Source: Balanoglossus misakiensis (Eukaryota; Animalia; Hemichordata). Taken from it: a stretch of 64,000 bases of DNA. Shown one piece after another: positions 11,701-25,040 of this stretch. Where the stretch lies: positions 10,739,477 to 10,803,476 of the forward strand of contig CM082593.2 of the NCBI GenBank assembly GCA_040954595.2, written 5' to 3'. Under the pieces are notes generated by a model, which saw nothing but the letters and a program-made list of their open reading frames with translations, made no database searches and had not been told where the DNA came from. The first letter of the stretch is position 1; each line of letters starts with the position of its first letter. A program made the translations under genes and the position numbers.

Positions 11701-14700
11701 CAGTGTTCTGCCCATTAATTTTGAGTGTTTGGTGGGGTCAACCTTTGCGTCAACATTAACCAGAGCACACAGTAACCAGGCCATAGTGGACAGTGTTCTG
11801 CCCATTAATTTTGAGTGTTTGGTGGGGTCAACCTTTGCGTCAACATTAACCAGAGCACACAGTAACCAGGCCGTAGTGGACAGTGTTCTGCCCATTAATT
11901 TTGAGTGTTTGGTGGGGTCAACCTTTGCGTCAACATTAACCAGAGCACACAGTAACCAGGCCATAGTGGACAGTGTGCTGCCCATTAATTTTGAGTGTTT
12001 GGTGGGGTCAACCTTTGCGTCAACATTAACCAGAGCACAGAGTAACCAGGCCATAGTGGACAGTGTTCTGCCCATTAATTTTGAGTGTTTGGTGGGGTCA
12101 ACCTTTGCGTCAACATTAACCAGAGCACACAGTAACCAGGCCATAGTGGACAGTGTTCTGCCCATTAATTTTGAGTGTTTGGTGGGGTCAACCTTTGCGT
12201 CAACATTAACCAGAGCACACAGTAACCAGGCCGTAGTGGACAGTGTTCTGCCCATTAATTTTGAGTGTTTGGTGGGGTCAACCTTTGCGTCAACATTAAC
12301 TAGGCCAGAGTGGCCAGTATCGTGCCCATTAATTTTGAGTGTTTGGTGGGGTCAACCTTTGCGTCAACATTAACTAGGCCAGAGTGGCCAGTATCGTGCC
12401 CATTAATTTTGAGTGTTTGGTGGGGTCAACCTTTGCGTCAACATTAACTAGGCCAGAGTGGCCAGTATCGTGCCCATTAATTTTGAGTGTTTGGTGGGGT
12501 CAACCTTTGCGTCAACATTAACTAGGCCAGAGTGGCCAGTATCGTGCCCATTAATTTTGAGTGTTTGGTGGGGTCAACCTTTGCGTCAACATTAACCAGA
12601 GCACACAGTAACCAGGCCGTAGTGGACAGTGTTCTGGCCATTAATTTTGAGTGTTTGGTGGGGTCAACCTTTGCGTCAACATTAACCAGAGCACACAGTA
12701 ACCAGGCCGTAGTGGACAGTGTTCTGCCCATTAATTTTGAGTGTTTGGTGGGGTCAACCTTTGCGTCAACATTAACCAGAGCACACAGTAACCAGGCCGT
12801 AGTGGACAGTGTTCTGCCCATTAATTTTGAGTGTTTGGTGGGGTCAACCTTTGCGTCAACATTAACCAGAGCACACAGTAACCAGGCCGTAGTGGACAGT
12901 GTTCTGCCCATTAATTTTGAGTGTTTGGTGGGGTCAACCTTTGCGTCAACATTAACCAGAGCACACAGTAACCAGGCCGTAGTGGACAGTGTTCTGCCCA
13001 TTAATTTTGAGTGTTTGGTGGGGTCAACCTTTGCGTCAACATTAACCAGAGCACACAGTAACCAGGCCGTAGTGGACAGTGTTCTGCCCATTAATTTTGA
13101 GTGTTTGGTGGGGTCAACCTTTGCGTCAACATTAACCAGAGCACACAGTAACCAGGCCGTAGTGGACAGTGTTCTGCCCATTAATTTTGAGTGTTTGGTG
13201 GGGTCAACCTTTGCGTCAACATTAACCAGAGCACACAGTAACCAGGCCGTAGTGGACAGTGTTCTGCCCATTAATTTTGAGTGTTTGGTGGGGTCAACCT
13301 TTGCGTCAACATTAACCAGAGCACACAGTAACCAGGCCGTAGTGGACAGTGTTCTGCCCATTAATTTTGAGTGTTTGGTGGGGTCAACCTTTGCGTCAAC
13401 ATTAACCAGAGCACACAGTAACCAGGCCGTAGTGGACAGTGTTCTGCCCATTAATTTTGAGTGTTTGGTGGGGTCAACCTTTGCGTCAACATTAACCAGA
13501 GCACACAGTAACCAGGCCGTAGTGGACAGTGTTCTGCCCATTAATTTTGAGTGTTTGGTGGGGTCAACCTTTGCGTCAACATTAACCAGAGCACACAGTA
13601 ACCAGGCCATAGTGGACAGTGTTCTGCCCATTAATTTTGAGTGTTTGGTGGGGTCAACCTTTGCGTCAACATTAACCAGAGCACACAGTAACCAGGCCGT
13701 AGTGGACAGTGTTCTGCCCATTAATTTTGAGTGTTTGGTGGGGTCAACCTTTGCGTCAACATTAACCAGAGCACACAGTAACCAGGCCATAGTGGACAGT
13801 GTGCTGCCCATTAATTTTGAGTGTTTGGTGGGGTCAACCTTTGCGTCAACATTAACCAGAGCACAGAGTAACCAGGCCATAGTGGACAGTGTTCTGCCCA
13901 TTAATTTTGAGTGTTTGGTGGGGTCAACCTTTGCGTCAACATTAATCAGAGCACACAGTAACCAGGCCGTAGTGGACAGTGTTCTGCCCATTAATTTTGA
14001 GTGTTTGGTGGGGTCAACCTTTGCGTCAACATTAACCAGAGCACACAGTAACCAGGCCATAGTGGACAGTGTTCTGCCCATTAATTTTGAGTGTTTGGTG
14101 GGGTCAACCTTTGCGTCAACATTAACCAGAGCACACAGTAACCAGGCCGTAGTGGACAGTGTTCTTCCCATTAATTTTGAGTGTTTGGTGGGGTCAACCT
14201 TTGCGTCAACATTAACTAGGCCAGAGTGGCCAGTATCGTGCCCATTAATTTTGAGTGTTTGGTGGGGTCAACCTTTGCGTCAACATTAACTAGGCCAGAG
14301 TGGCCAGTATCGTGCCCATTATTTTTGAGTGTTTGGTGGGGTCAACCTTTGCGTCAACATTAACTAGGCCAGAGTGGCCAGTATCGTGCCCATTAATTTT
14401 GAGTGTTTGGTGGGGTCAACCTTTGCGTCAACATTAACTAGGCCAGAGTGGCCAGTATCGTGCCCATTAATTTTGAGTGTTTGGTGGGGGTCAACCTTTG
14501 CGTCAACATTAACCAGAGCACACAGTAACCAGGCCGTAGTGGACAGTGTTCTGCCCATTAATTTTGAGTGTTTGGTGGGGTCAACCTTTGCGTCAACATT
14601 AACCAGAGCACACAGTAACCAGGCCATAGTGGACAGTGTGCTGCCCATTAATTTTGAGTGTTTGGTGGGGTCAACCTTTGCGTCAACATTAACCAGAGCA

Positions 14701-17700
14701 CACAGTAACCAGGCCATAGTGGACAGTGTTCTGCCCATTAATTTTGAGTGTTTGGTGGGGTCAACCTTTGCGTCAACATTAACCAGAGCACACAGTAACC
14801 AGGCCGTAGTGGACAGTGTTCTGCCCATTAATTTTGAGTGTTTGGTGGGGTCAACCTTTGCGTCAACATTAACCAGAGCACACAGTAACCAGGCCGTAGT
14901 GGACAGTGTTCTGCCCATTAATTTTGAGTGTTTGGTGGGGTCAACCTTTGCGTCAACATTAACCAGAGCACACAGTAACCAGGCCATAGTGGACAGTGTT
15001 CTGCCCATTTATTTTGAGTGTTTGGTGGGGTCAACCTTTGCGTCAACATTAACCAGAGCACACAGTAACCAGGCCGTAGTGGACAGTGTTCTGCCCATTA
15101 ATTTTGAGTGTTTGGTGGGGTCAACCTTTGCGTCAACATTAACCAGAGCACACAGTAACCAGGCCATAGTGGACAGTGTGCTGCCCATTAATTTTGAGTG
15201 TTTGGTGGGGTCAACCTTTGCGTCAACATTAACCAGAGCACAGAGTAACCAGGCCATAGTGGACAGTGTTCTGCCCATTAATTTTGAGTGTTTGGTGGGG
15301 TCAACCTTTGCATCAACATTAATCAGAGCACACAGTAACCAGGCCGTAGTGGACAGTGTTCTGCCCATTAATTTTGAGTGTTTGGTGGGGTCAACCTTTG
15401 CATCAACATTATCCAGAGCACACAGTAACCAGGCCATAGTGGACAGTGTTCTGCCCATTAATTTTGAGTGTTTGGTGGGGTCAACCTTTGCGTCAACATT
15501 AACCAGAGCACACAGTAACCAGGCCGTAGTGGACAGTGTTCTGCCCATTAATTTTGAGTGTTTGGTGGGGTCAACCTTTGCGTCAACATTAACTAGGCCA
15601 GAGTGGCCAGTATCGTGCCCATTAATTTTGAGTGTTTGGTGGGGTCAACCTTTGCGTCAACATTAACTAGGCCAGAGTGGCCAGTATCGTGCCCATTAAT
15701 TTTGAGTGTTTGGTGGGGTCAACCTTTGCGTCAACATTAACTAGGCCAGAGTGGCCAGTATCGTGCCCATTAATTTTGAGTGTTTGGTGGGGTCAACCTT
15801 TGCGTCAACATTAACTAGGCCAGAGTGGCCAGTATCGTGCCCATTAATTTTGAGTGTTTGGTGGGGGTCAACCTTTGCGTCAACATTAACCAGAGCACAC
15901 AGTAACCAGGCCGTAGTGGACAGTGTTCTGCCCATTAATTTTGAGTGTTTGGTGGGGTCAACCTTTGCGTCAACATTAACCAGAGCACACAGTAACCAGG
16001 CCATAGTGGACAGTGTGCTGCCCATTAATTTTGAGTGTTTGGTGGGGTCAACCTTTGCGTCAACATTAACCAGAGCACACAGTAACCAGGCCATAGTGGA
16101 CAGTGTTCTGCCCATTAATTTTGAGTGTTTGGTGGGGTCAACCTTTTCGTCAACATTAACCAGAGCACACAGTAACCAGGCCGTAGTGGACAGTGTTCTG
16201 CCCATTAATTTTGAGTGTTTGGTGGGGTCAACCTTTGCGTCAACATTAACCAGAGCACACAGTAACCAGGCCGTAGTGGACAGTGTTCTGCCCATTAATT
16301 TTGAGTGTTTGGTGGGGTCAACCTTTGCGTCAACATTAACCAGAGCACACAGTAACCAGGCCATAGTGGACAGTGTTCTGCCCATTAATTTTGAGTGTTT
16401 GGTGGGGTCAACCTTTGCGTCAACATAGACCAGAGCACACAGTAACCAGGCCGTAGTGGACAGTGTTCTGCCCATTAATTTTGAGTGTTTGGTGGGGTCA
16501 ACCTTTGCGTCAACATTAACCAGAGCACACAGTAACCAGGCCATAGTGGACAGTGTGCTGCCCATTAATTTTGAGTGTTTGGTGGGGTCAACCTTTGCGT
16601 CAACATTAACCAGAGCACACAGTAACCAGGCCATAGTGGACAGTGTTCTGCCCATTAATTTTGAGTGTTTGGTGGGGTCAACCTTTGCGTCAACATTAAC
16701 CAGAGCACACAGTAACCAGTCCGTAGTGGACAGTGTGCTGCCCATTAATTTTGAGTGTTTGGTGGGGTCAACCTTTGCGTCAACATTAACTAGGCCAGAG
16801 TGGCCAGTATCGTGCCCATTAATTTTGAGTGTTTGGTGGGGGTCAACCTTTGCGTCAACATTAACTAGGCCAGAGTGGCCAGTATCGTGCCCATTAATTT
16901 TGAGTGTTTGGTGGGGGTCAACCTTTGCGTCAACATTAACTAGGCCAGAGTGGCCAGTATCCTGCCCATTAATTTTGAGTGTTTGGTGGGGTCAACCTTT
17001 GCGTCAACATAGACCAGAGCACACAGTAACCAGGCCGTAGTGGACAGTGTTCTGCCCATTAATTTTGAGTGTTTGGTGGGGTCAACCTTTGCGTCAACAT
17101 TAACCAGAGCACACAGTAACCAGGCCATAGTGGACAGTGTGCTGCCCATTAATTTTGAGTGTTTGGTGGGGTCAACCTTTGCGTCAACATTAACCAGAGC
17201 ACACAGTAACCAGGCCATAGTGGACAGTGTTCTGCCCATTAATTTTGAGTGTTTGGTGGGGTCAACCTTTGCGTCAACATTAACCAGAGCACACAGTAAC
17301 CAGGCCATATAGGACAGTATGCTGCCCATTAATTTTGAGTGTATGGTGGGGTCAACCTTTGCGTCAACATTAACCAGAGCACACAGTAACCAGGCCGTAG
17401 TGGACAGTGTTCTGTCCATTAATTTTGAGTGTTTGGTGGGGTCAACCTTTGCGTCAACATTAACCAGAGCACACAGTAACCAGGCCATAGTGGACAGTGT
17501 TCTGCCCATTAATTTTGAGTGTTTGGTGGGGTCAACCTTTGCGTCAACATTAACCAGAGCACACAGTAACCAGTCCGTAGTGGACAGTGTGCTGCCCATT
17601 AATTTTGAGTGTTTGGTGGGGTCAACCTTTGCGTCAACATTAACTAGGCCAGAGTGGCCAGTATCGTGCCCATTAATTTTGAGTGTTTGGTGGGGGTCAA

Positions 17701-20700
17701 CCTTTGCGTCAACATTAACTAGGCCAGAGTGGCCAGTATCCTGCCCATTAATTTTGAGTGTTTGGTGGGGGTTAACCTTTGCGTCAACATTAACTAGGCC
17801 AGAGTGGCCAGTATCCTGCCCATTAATTTTGAGTGTTTGGTGGGGTCAACCTTTGCATCAACATTAACCAGAGCACACAGTAACCAGGCCATAGTGGACA
17901 GTGTTCTGCCCATTAATTTTGAGTGTTTGGTGGGGTCAACCTTTGCATCAACATTAACCAGAGCACACAGTAACCAGGCCGTAGTGGACAGTGTGCTGCC
18001 CATTAATTTTGAGTGTTTGGTGGGGTCAACCTTTGCGTCAACATTAACTAGGCCAGAGTGGCCAGTATCGTGCCCATTAATTTTGAGTGTTTGGTGGGGG
18101 TCAACCTTTGCGTCAACATTAACTAGGCCAGAGTGGCCAGTATCCTGCCCATTAATTTTGAGTGTTTGGTGGAGTCAACCTTTGCATCAACATTAACCAG
18201 AGCACACAGTAACCAGGCCATAGTGGACAGTGTTCTGCCCATTAATTTTGAGTGTTTGGTGGGGTCAACCTTTGCGTCAACATTAACCAGAGCACAGAGT
18301 AACCAGGCCATAGTGGACAGTGTTCTGCCCATTAATTTTGAGTGTTTGGTGGGGTCAACCTTTGCGTCAACATTAATCAGAGCACACAGTAACCAGGCCG
18401 TAGTGGACAGTGTTCTGCCCATTAATTTTGAGTGTTTGGTGGGGTCAACCTTTGCGTCAACATTAACCAGAGCACACAGTAACCAGGCCATAGTGGACAG
18501 TGTTCTGCCCATTAATTTTGAGTGTTTGGTGGGGTCAACCTTTGCGTCAACATTAACCAGAGCACACAGTAACCAGGCCGTAGTGGACAGTGTTCTTCCC
18601 ATTAATTTTGAGTGTTTGGTGGGGTCAACCTTTGCGTCAACATTAACTAGGCCAGAGTGGCCAGTATCGTGCCCATTAATTTTGAGTGTTTGGTGGGGTC
18701 AACCTTTGCGTCAACATTAACTAGGCCAGAGTGGCCAGTATCGTGCCCATTATTTTTGAGTGTTTGGTGGGGTCAACCTTTGCGTCAACATTAACTAGGC
18801 CAGAGTGGCCAGTATCGTGCCCATTAATTTTGAGTGTTTGGTGGGGTCAACCTTTGCGTCAACATTAACTAGGCCAGAGTGGCCAGTATCGTGCCCATTA
18901 ATTTTGAGTGTTTGGTGGGGGTCAACCTTTGCGTCAACATTAACCAGAGCACACAGTAACCAGGCCGTAGTGGACAGTGTTCTGCCCATTAATTTTGAGT
19001 GTTTGGTGGGGTCAACCTTTGCGTCAACATTAACCAGAGCACACAGTAACCAGGCCATAGTGGACAGTGTGCTGCCCATTAATTTTGAGTGTTTGGTGGG
19101 GTCAACCTTTGCGTCAACATTAACCAGAGCACACAGTAACCAGGCCATAGTGGACAGTGTTCTGCCCATTAATTTTGAGTGTTTGGTGGGGTCAACCTTT
19201 GCGTCAACATTAACCAGAGCACACAGTAACCAGGCCGTAGTGGACAGTGTTCTGCCCATTAATTTTGAGTGTTTGGTGGGGTCAACCTTTGCGTCAACAT
19301 TAACCAGAGCACACAGTAACCAGGCCGTAGTGGACAGTGTTCTGCCCATTAATTTTGAGTGTTTGGTGGGGTCAACCTTTGCGTCAACATTAACCAGAGC
19401 ACACAGTAACCAGGCCATAGTGGACAGTGTTCTGCCCATTTATTTTGAGTGTTTGGTGGGGTCAACCTTTGCGTCAACATTAACCAGAGCACACAGTAAC
19501 CAGGCCGTAGTGGACAGTGTTCTGCCCATTAATTTTGAGTGTTTGGTGGGGTCAACCTTTGCGTCAACATTAACCAGAGCACACAGTAACCAGGCCATAG
19601 TGGACAGTGTGCTGCCCATTAATTTTGAGTGTTTGGTGGGGTCAACCTTTGCGTCAACATTAACCAGAGCACAGAGTAACCAGGCCATAGTGGACAGTGT
19701 TCTGCCCATTAATTTTGAGTGTTTGGTGGGGTCAACCTTTGCATCAACATTAATCAGAGCACACAGTAACCAGGCCGTAGTGGACAGTGTTCTGCCCATT
19801 AATTTTGAGTGTTTGGTGGGGTCAACCTTTGCATCAACATTATCCAGAGCACACAGTAACCAGGCCATAGTGGACAGTGTTCTGCCCATTAATTTTGAGT
19901 GTTTGGTGGGGTCAACCTTTGCGTCAACATTAACCAGAGCACACAGTAACCAGGCCGTAGTGGACAGTGTTCTGCCCATTAATTTTGAGTGTTTGGTGGG
20001 GTCAACCTTTGCGTCAACATTAACTAGGCCAGAGTGGCCAGTATCGTGCCCATTAATTTTGAGTGTTTGGTGGGGTCAACCTTTGCGTCAACATTAACTA
20101 GGCCAGAGTGGCCAGTATCGTGCCCATTAATTTTGAGTGTTTGGTGGGGTCAACCTTTGCGTCAACATTAACTAGGCCAGAGTGGCCAGTATCGTGCCCA
20201 TTAATTTTGAGTGTTTGGTGGGGTCAACCTTTGCGTCAACATTAACTAGGCCAGAGTGGCCAGTATCGTGCCCATTAATTTTGAGTGTTTGGTGGGGGTC
20301 AACCTTTGCGTCAACATTAACCAGAGCACACAGTAACCAGGCCGTAGTGGACAGTGTTCTGCCCATTAATTTTGAGTGTTTGGTGGGGTCAACCTTTGCG
20401 TCAACATTAACCAGAGCACACAGTAACCAGGCCATAGTGGACAGTGTGCTGCCCATTAATTTTGAGTGTTTGGTGGGGTCAACCTTTGCGTCAACATTAA
20501 CCAGAGCACACAGTAACCAGGCCATAGTGGACAGTGTTCTGCCCATTAATTTTGAGTGTTTGGTGGGGTCAACCTTTTCGTCAACATTAACCAGAGCACA
20601 CAGTAACCAGGCCGTAGTGGACAGTGTTCTGCCCATTAATTTTGAGTGTTTGGTGGGGTCAACCTTTGCGTCAACATTAACCAGAGCACACAGTAACCAG

Positions 20701-23110
20701 GCCGTAGTGGACAGTGTTCTGCCCATTAATTTTGAGTGTTTGGTGGGGTCAACCTTTGCGTCAACATTAACCAGAGCACACAGTAACCAGGCCATAGTGG
20801 ACAGTGTTCTGCCCATTAATTTTGAGTGTTTGGTGGGGTCAACCTTTGCGTCAACATAGACCAGAGCACACAGTAACCAGGCCGTAGTGGACAGTGTTCT
20901 GCCCATTAATTTTGAGTGTTTGGTGGGGTCAACCTTTGCGTCAACATTAACCAGAGCACACAGTAACCAGGCCATAGTGGACAGTGTGCTGCCCATTAAT
21001 TTTGAGTGTTTGGTGGGGTCAACCTTTGCGTCAACATTAACCAGAGCACACAGTAACCAGGCCATAGTGGACAGTGTTCTGCCCATTAATTTTGAGTGTT
21101 TGGTGGGGTCAACCTTTGCGTCAACATTAACCAGAGCACACAGTAACCAGTCCGTAGTGGACAGTGTGCTGCCCATTAATTTTGAGTGTTTGGTGGGGTC
21201 AACCTTTGCGTCAACATTAACTAGGCCAGAGTGGCCAGTATCGTGCCCATTAATTTTGAGTGTTTGGTGGGGGTCAACCTTTGCGTCAACATTAACTAGG
21301 CCAGAGTGGCCAGTATCGTGCCCATTAATTTTGAGTGTTTGGTGGGGGTCAACCTTTGCGTCAACATTAACTAGGCCAGAGTGGCCAGTATCCTGCCCAT
21401 TAATTTTGAGTGTTTGGTGGGGTCAACCTTTGCGTCAACATAGACCAGAGCACACAGTAACCAGGCCGTAGTGGACAGTGTTCTGCCCATTAATTTTGAG
21501 TGTTTGGTGGGGTCAACCTTTGCGTCAACATTAACCAGAGCACACAGTAACCAGGCCATAGTGGACAGTGTGCTGCCCATTAATTTTGAGTGTTTGGTGG
21601 GGTCAACCTTTGCGTCAACATTAACCAGAGCACACAGTAACCAGGCCATAGTGGACAGTGTTCTGCCCATTAATTTTGAGTGTTTGGTGGGGTCAACCTT
21701 TGCGTCAACATTAACCAGAGCACACAGTAACCAGGCCATATAGGACAGTATGCTGCCCATTAATTTTGAGTGTATGGTGGGGTCAACCTTTGCGTCAACA
21801 TTAACCAGAGCACACAGTAACCAGGCCGTAGTGGACAGTGTTCTGCCCATTAATTTTGAGTGTTTGGTGGGGTCAACCTTTGCGTCAACATTAACCAGAG
21901 CACACAGTAACCAGGCCATAGTGGACAGTGTTCTGCCCATTAATTTTGAGTGTTTGGTGGGGTCAACCTTTGCGTCAACATTAACCAGAGCACACAGTAA
22001 CCAGTCCGTAGTGGACAGTGTGCTGCCCATTAATTTTGAGTGTTTGGTGGGGTCAACCTTTGCGTCAACATTAACTAGGCCAGAGTGGCCAGTATCGTGC
22101 CCATTAATTTTGAGTGTTTGGTGGGGGTCAACCTTTGCGTCAACATTAACTAGGCCAGAGTGGCCAGTATCCTGCCCATTAATTTTGAGTGTTTGGTGGG
22201 GGTTAACCTTTGCGTCAACATTAACTAGGCCAGAGTGGCCAGTATCCTGCCCATTAATTTTGAGTGTTTGGTGGGGTCAACCTTTGCATCAACATTAACC
22301 AGAGCACACAGTAACCAGGCCATAGTGGACAGTGTTCTGCCCATTAATTTTGAGTGTTTGGTGGGGTCAACCTTTGCATCAACATTAACCAGAGCACACA
22401 GTAACCAGGCCGTAGTGGACAGTGTGCTGCCCATTAATTTTGAGTGTTTGGTGGGGTCAACCTTTGCGTCAACATTAACTAGGCCAGAGTGGCCAGTATC
22501 GTGCCCATTAATTTTGAGTGTTTGGTGGGGGTCAACCTTTGCGTCAACATTAACTAGGCCAGAGTGGCCAGTATCCTGCCCATTAATTTTGAGTGTTTGG
22601 TGGAGTCAACCTTTGCATCAACATTAACCAGAGCACACAGTAACCAGGCCATAGTGGACAGTGTTCTGCCCATTAATTTTGAGTGTTTGGTGGGGTCAAC
22701 CTTTGCATCAACATTAACCAGAGCACACAGTAACCAGGCCGTAGTGGACAGTGTGCTGCCCATTAATTTTGAGTGTTTGGTGGGGTCAACCTTTGCGTCA
22801 ACATTAACCAGAGCACACAGTAACCAGGCCATAGTGGACAGTATGCTGCCCATTGATTTTGAGTGTTTGGTGGGGTCAACCTTTGCGTCAACATTAACTA
22901 GGCCAGAGTGGCCAGTATCGTGCCCATTAATTTTGAGTGTTTGGTGGGGTCAACCTTTGCGTCTACATTAACTAGGCCAGAGTGGCCAGTATGCTGCCTA
23001 TTAATTTTGAGTGTTTGGTGGGGTCAACCTTTGCGTCAACATTAAGCAGGCCAGACAGTAACCAGGCCAGAGTGGACAGTATCCTGCCTATTAATTTTGA
23101 GTGATTTGTG
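8755..23110. repeat. 14.3-kb satellite of 90-bp (A) and 74/75-bp (B) monomers with higher-order organisation
   Basis: A = aacattaaccagagcacacagtaaccaggccRtagtggacagtgttctgcccattaattttgagtgtttggtggggtcaacctttgcgtc. B lacks 16 bp and carries taggccagagtggccagtatcgtg. B units occur mostly in blocks of 2-4. Confidence 0.97.
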
Positions 23111-23299
23111 GGTCAATTTGATCAAATACTGCCTACCGCTGGCGCTGCATATTTGAAGAAATGTGAAAAGATGGCAAGACAGGTTTGGTAAATGTGGGCC
23201 CCCTAACTGAAGCAAAAGCACAAACTTAAAACAAAGATATGAATTTGGAAGAGTTTTATTTAATACATATGAAAAATAATGAAGACTTATGCTTCAAAG

Positions 23300-23367
23300 T
23301 AAGTATCGACGGAGTCGAACCGCCAATGCTGCAATGGCATTATACCCATAATACTTTTTTGCTTTTT
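23300..23367 (-). ncRNA. Putative mascRNA-like tRNA-like element (23300-23356) preceded by AAAAAGCAAAA (23357-23367)
   Basis: Minus strand: AAAAAGCAAAA|AAGUAUU auggguau AAUGC cauugca GCAUU GGCGG uucgacu CCGUC GAUACUU a. This gives a 7-bp acceptor-like stem, a 5-bp stem with 7-nt loop and a canonical T-arm. Confidence 0.4.
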
Positions 23368-23526
23368 GCATGAATTTCATTATTTTTCATATGCTGTGCA
23401 GCTAAAGTGTGGCTAGATGACTAACTGCTGATGTAAAATATCTTGCATACCAATTTGGAACAATTACCCCAAGTAGTGGTCAAACAGAAACAATGCTTGC
23501 ATTCAATTTAAAACAAGGTGACAAAA

Positions 23527-23632
23527 GTGGTTGAAATGAAACAATAAGCAAAAACAGTGTTTATCAAACTGAAATAATGTGGTCGAAATGAAACAATGAG
23601 CAAAAACAGTGTTTATCAAACTGAAATAATGT
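23527..23632. repeat. Two 52-bp tandem copies
   Basis: gtggtYgaaatgaaacaatRagcaaaaacagtgtttatcaaactgaaataat occurs twice. Confidence 0.85.
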
Positions 23633-24059
23633 GCCAAAATAGCTCCTGTTGATATTGCACAAAATTAACTGTTGCATTCTACCCTTGAGTTAATTTTTAT
23701 TTCCAGGCAATTATGTGCTTAATACTAAATATTATCTATGGGTACAAACCATCAGTTTCTTAAGTGCAAATCGCAAGAAGCTCCCCCATACAATTTTAGT
23801 GTTTTTTTAAATCAAGCAAGATAATTACATACTGTGTGATAAACTAACTAACTTTACGCGCCTGGGGACAGTTAAAAACCTCGAGCCAAATATAAAATGA
23901 GGAAAAACTGCCCCCTCCCCCGTTGTGAATTTTAAAAGGTTGGGGCTCAAACTAACCAGAATTGTCTTGCCGACTCCTATTTTTCTGTGTACATTTTGAT
24001 GTATTGTTGTTACGCGAGATTGAGGATTCGTGTTGATGCGGGAATTACGATGACGAAAG

Positions 24060-24258
24060 CAAAAAATCCATCGGCGAATCAAACGGGCACACGGCGAAAT
24101 TCCATTACACGACGATCCAACTGCGATGAAGAACGCGAACGCGGGTAACGTTGTAAAAAATCCATCGGCGAATCAAACGGGCACACGGCGAAATTCCATT
24201 ACATGACGAGCGACCTGCAATGAAGAACGCGAACGCGGGTAACGCTGCAAAAAATCCG
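24060..24258. repeat. Two ~95-bp CpG-rich tandem copies
   Basis: aaaaaatccatcggcgaatcaaacgggcacacggcgaaattccattaca...gaagaacgcgaacgcgggtaacg occurs twice. Confidence 0.85.
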
Positions 24259-25040
24259 CAGACAATTATTACACGAATGCATAGCAACAATTATTTTACC
24301 CAACCTGACACTAATAAATTACCCAATGATTTTAAATTTCTTATTATTACACCCCAACTAATCATTATACCTTTGTAATATTAACACCGTTTATACACAT
24401 CCCATAATGTTTATACCATCAAGTTAATACCATTTTATTATTATTATACCACCAAAACCATGTGTTACCCATTTTTTTTATTATTACACCATTGATGTTA
24501 ACACCTTTATATATTATACCGGTATTTACCCTCTGTACATGTACAGTTTTTATTTACCACGTGGCATTACTCATGTTTTTATAGTATTTTAATTACTTAT
24601 CATACCCTTGAAACCATAATATTATACCCTTGCAGACAGTTTTATTATAGTACCCTTGTGCACAATGTCTTATTAGTCATCATACACCAACCCTTCACCA
24701 TTTCATTAGATTATACCATTTTTATTAGCCTAACCTGTTTATACACCAACCCTTCACCATTCCGTTAGATTATACCATTTTTTATTACCCTAACATATTC
24801 ATACACCAACCCTTTACCATTCCCTCAGATTAAACCATTTTTATTAGCCTAACCTATTGACAGCATCCCTCTGGTTTTGATATTGTTATCTGGTGCGGCG
24901 TTGTTGTAGATATTGATTAGACTCCCTCCGGCGATGATAATACCAATGAACCTATTGAAAAAAAAGAATGAATATTATTAATTAGATCAGATCAACAAAT
25001 CATGGCGTCGTTCATCCCTCTGGTCACAGGAGCATCATCT

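Noticed and set aside
8758-22971. Long ORFs on both strands (up to 970 aa) as real proteins
   Set aside because: They arise because the 90-bp unit is a multiple of 3 and happens to lack stops in one frame per strand; 74-bp units shift the frame and point variants introduce stops.
8755-23110. CRISPR-like array
   Set aside because: No unique spacers, no cas genes, eukaryotic context.
23300-23356. Functional tRNA gene or tRNA-derived SINE head
   Set aside because: A B-box/T-arm is present, but there is no proper D-arm or A-box, the anticodon-like loop lacks U33, and no SINE body follows.
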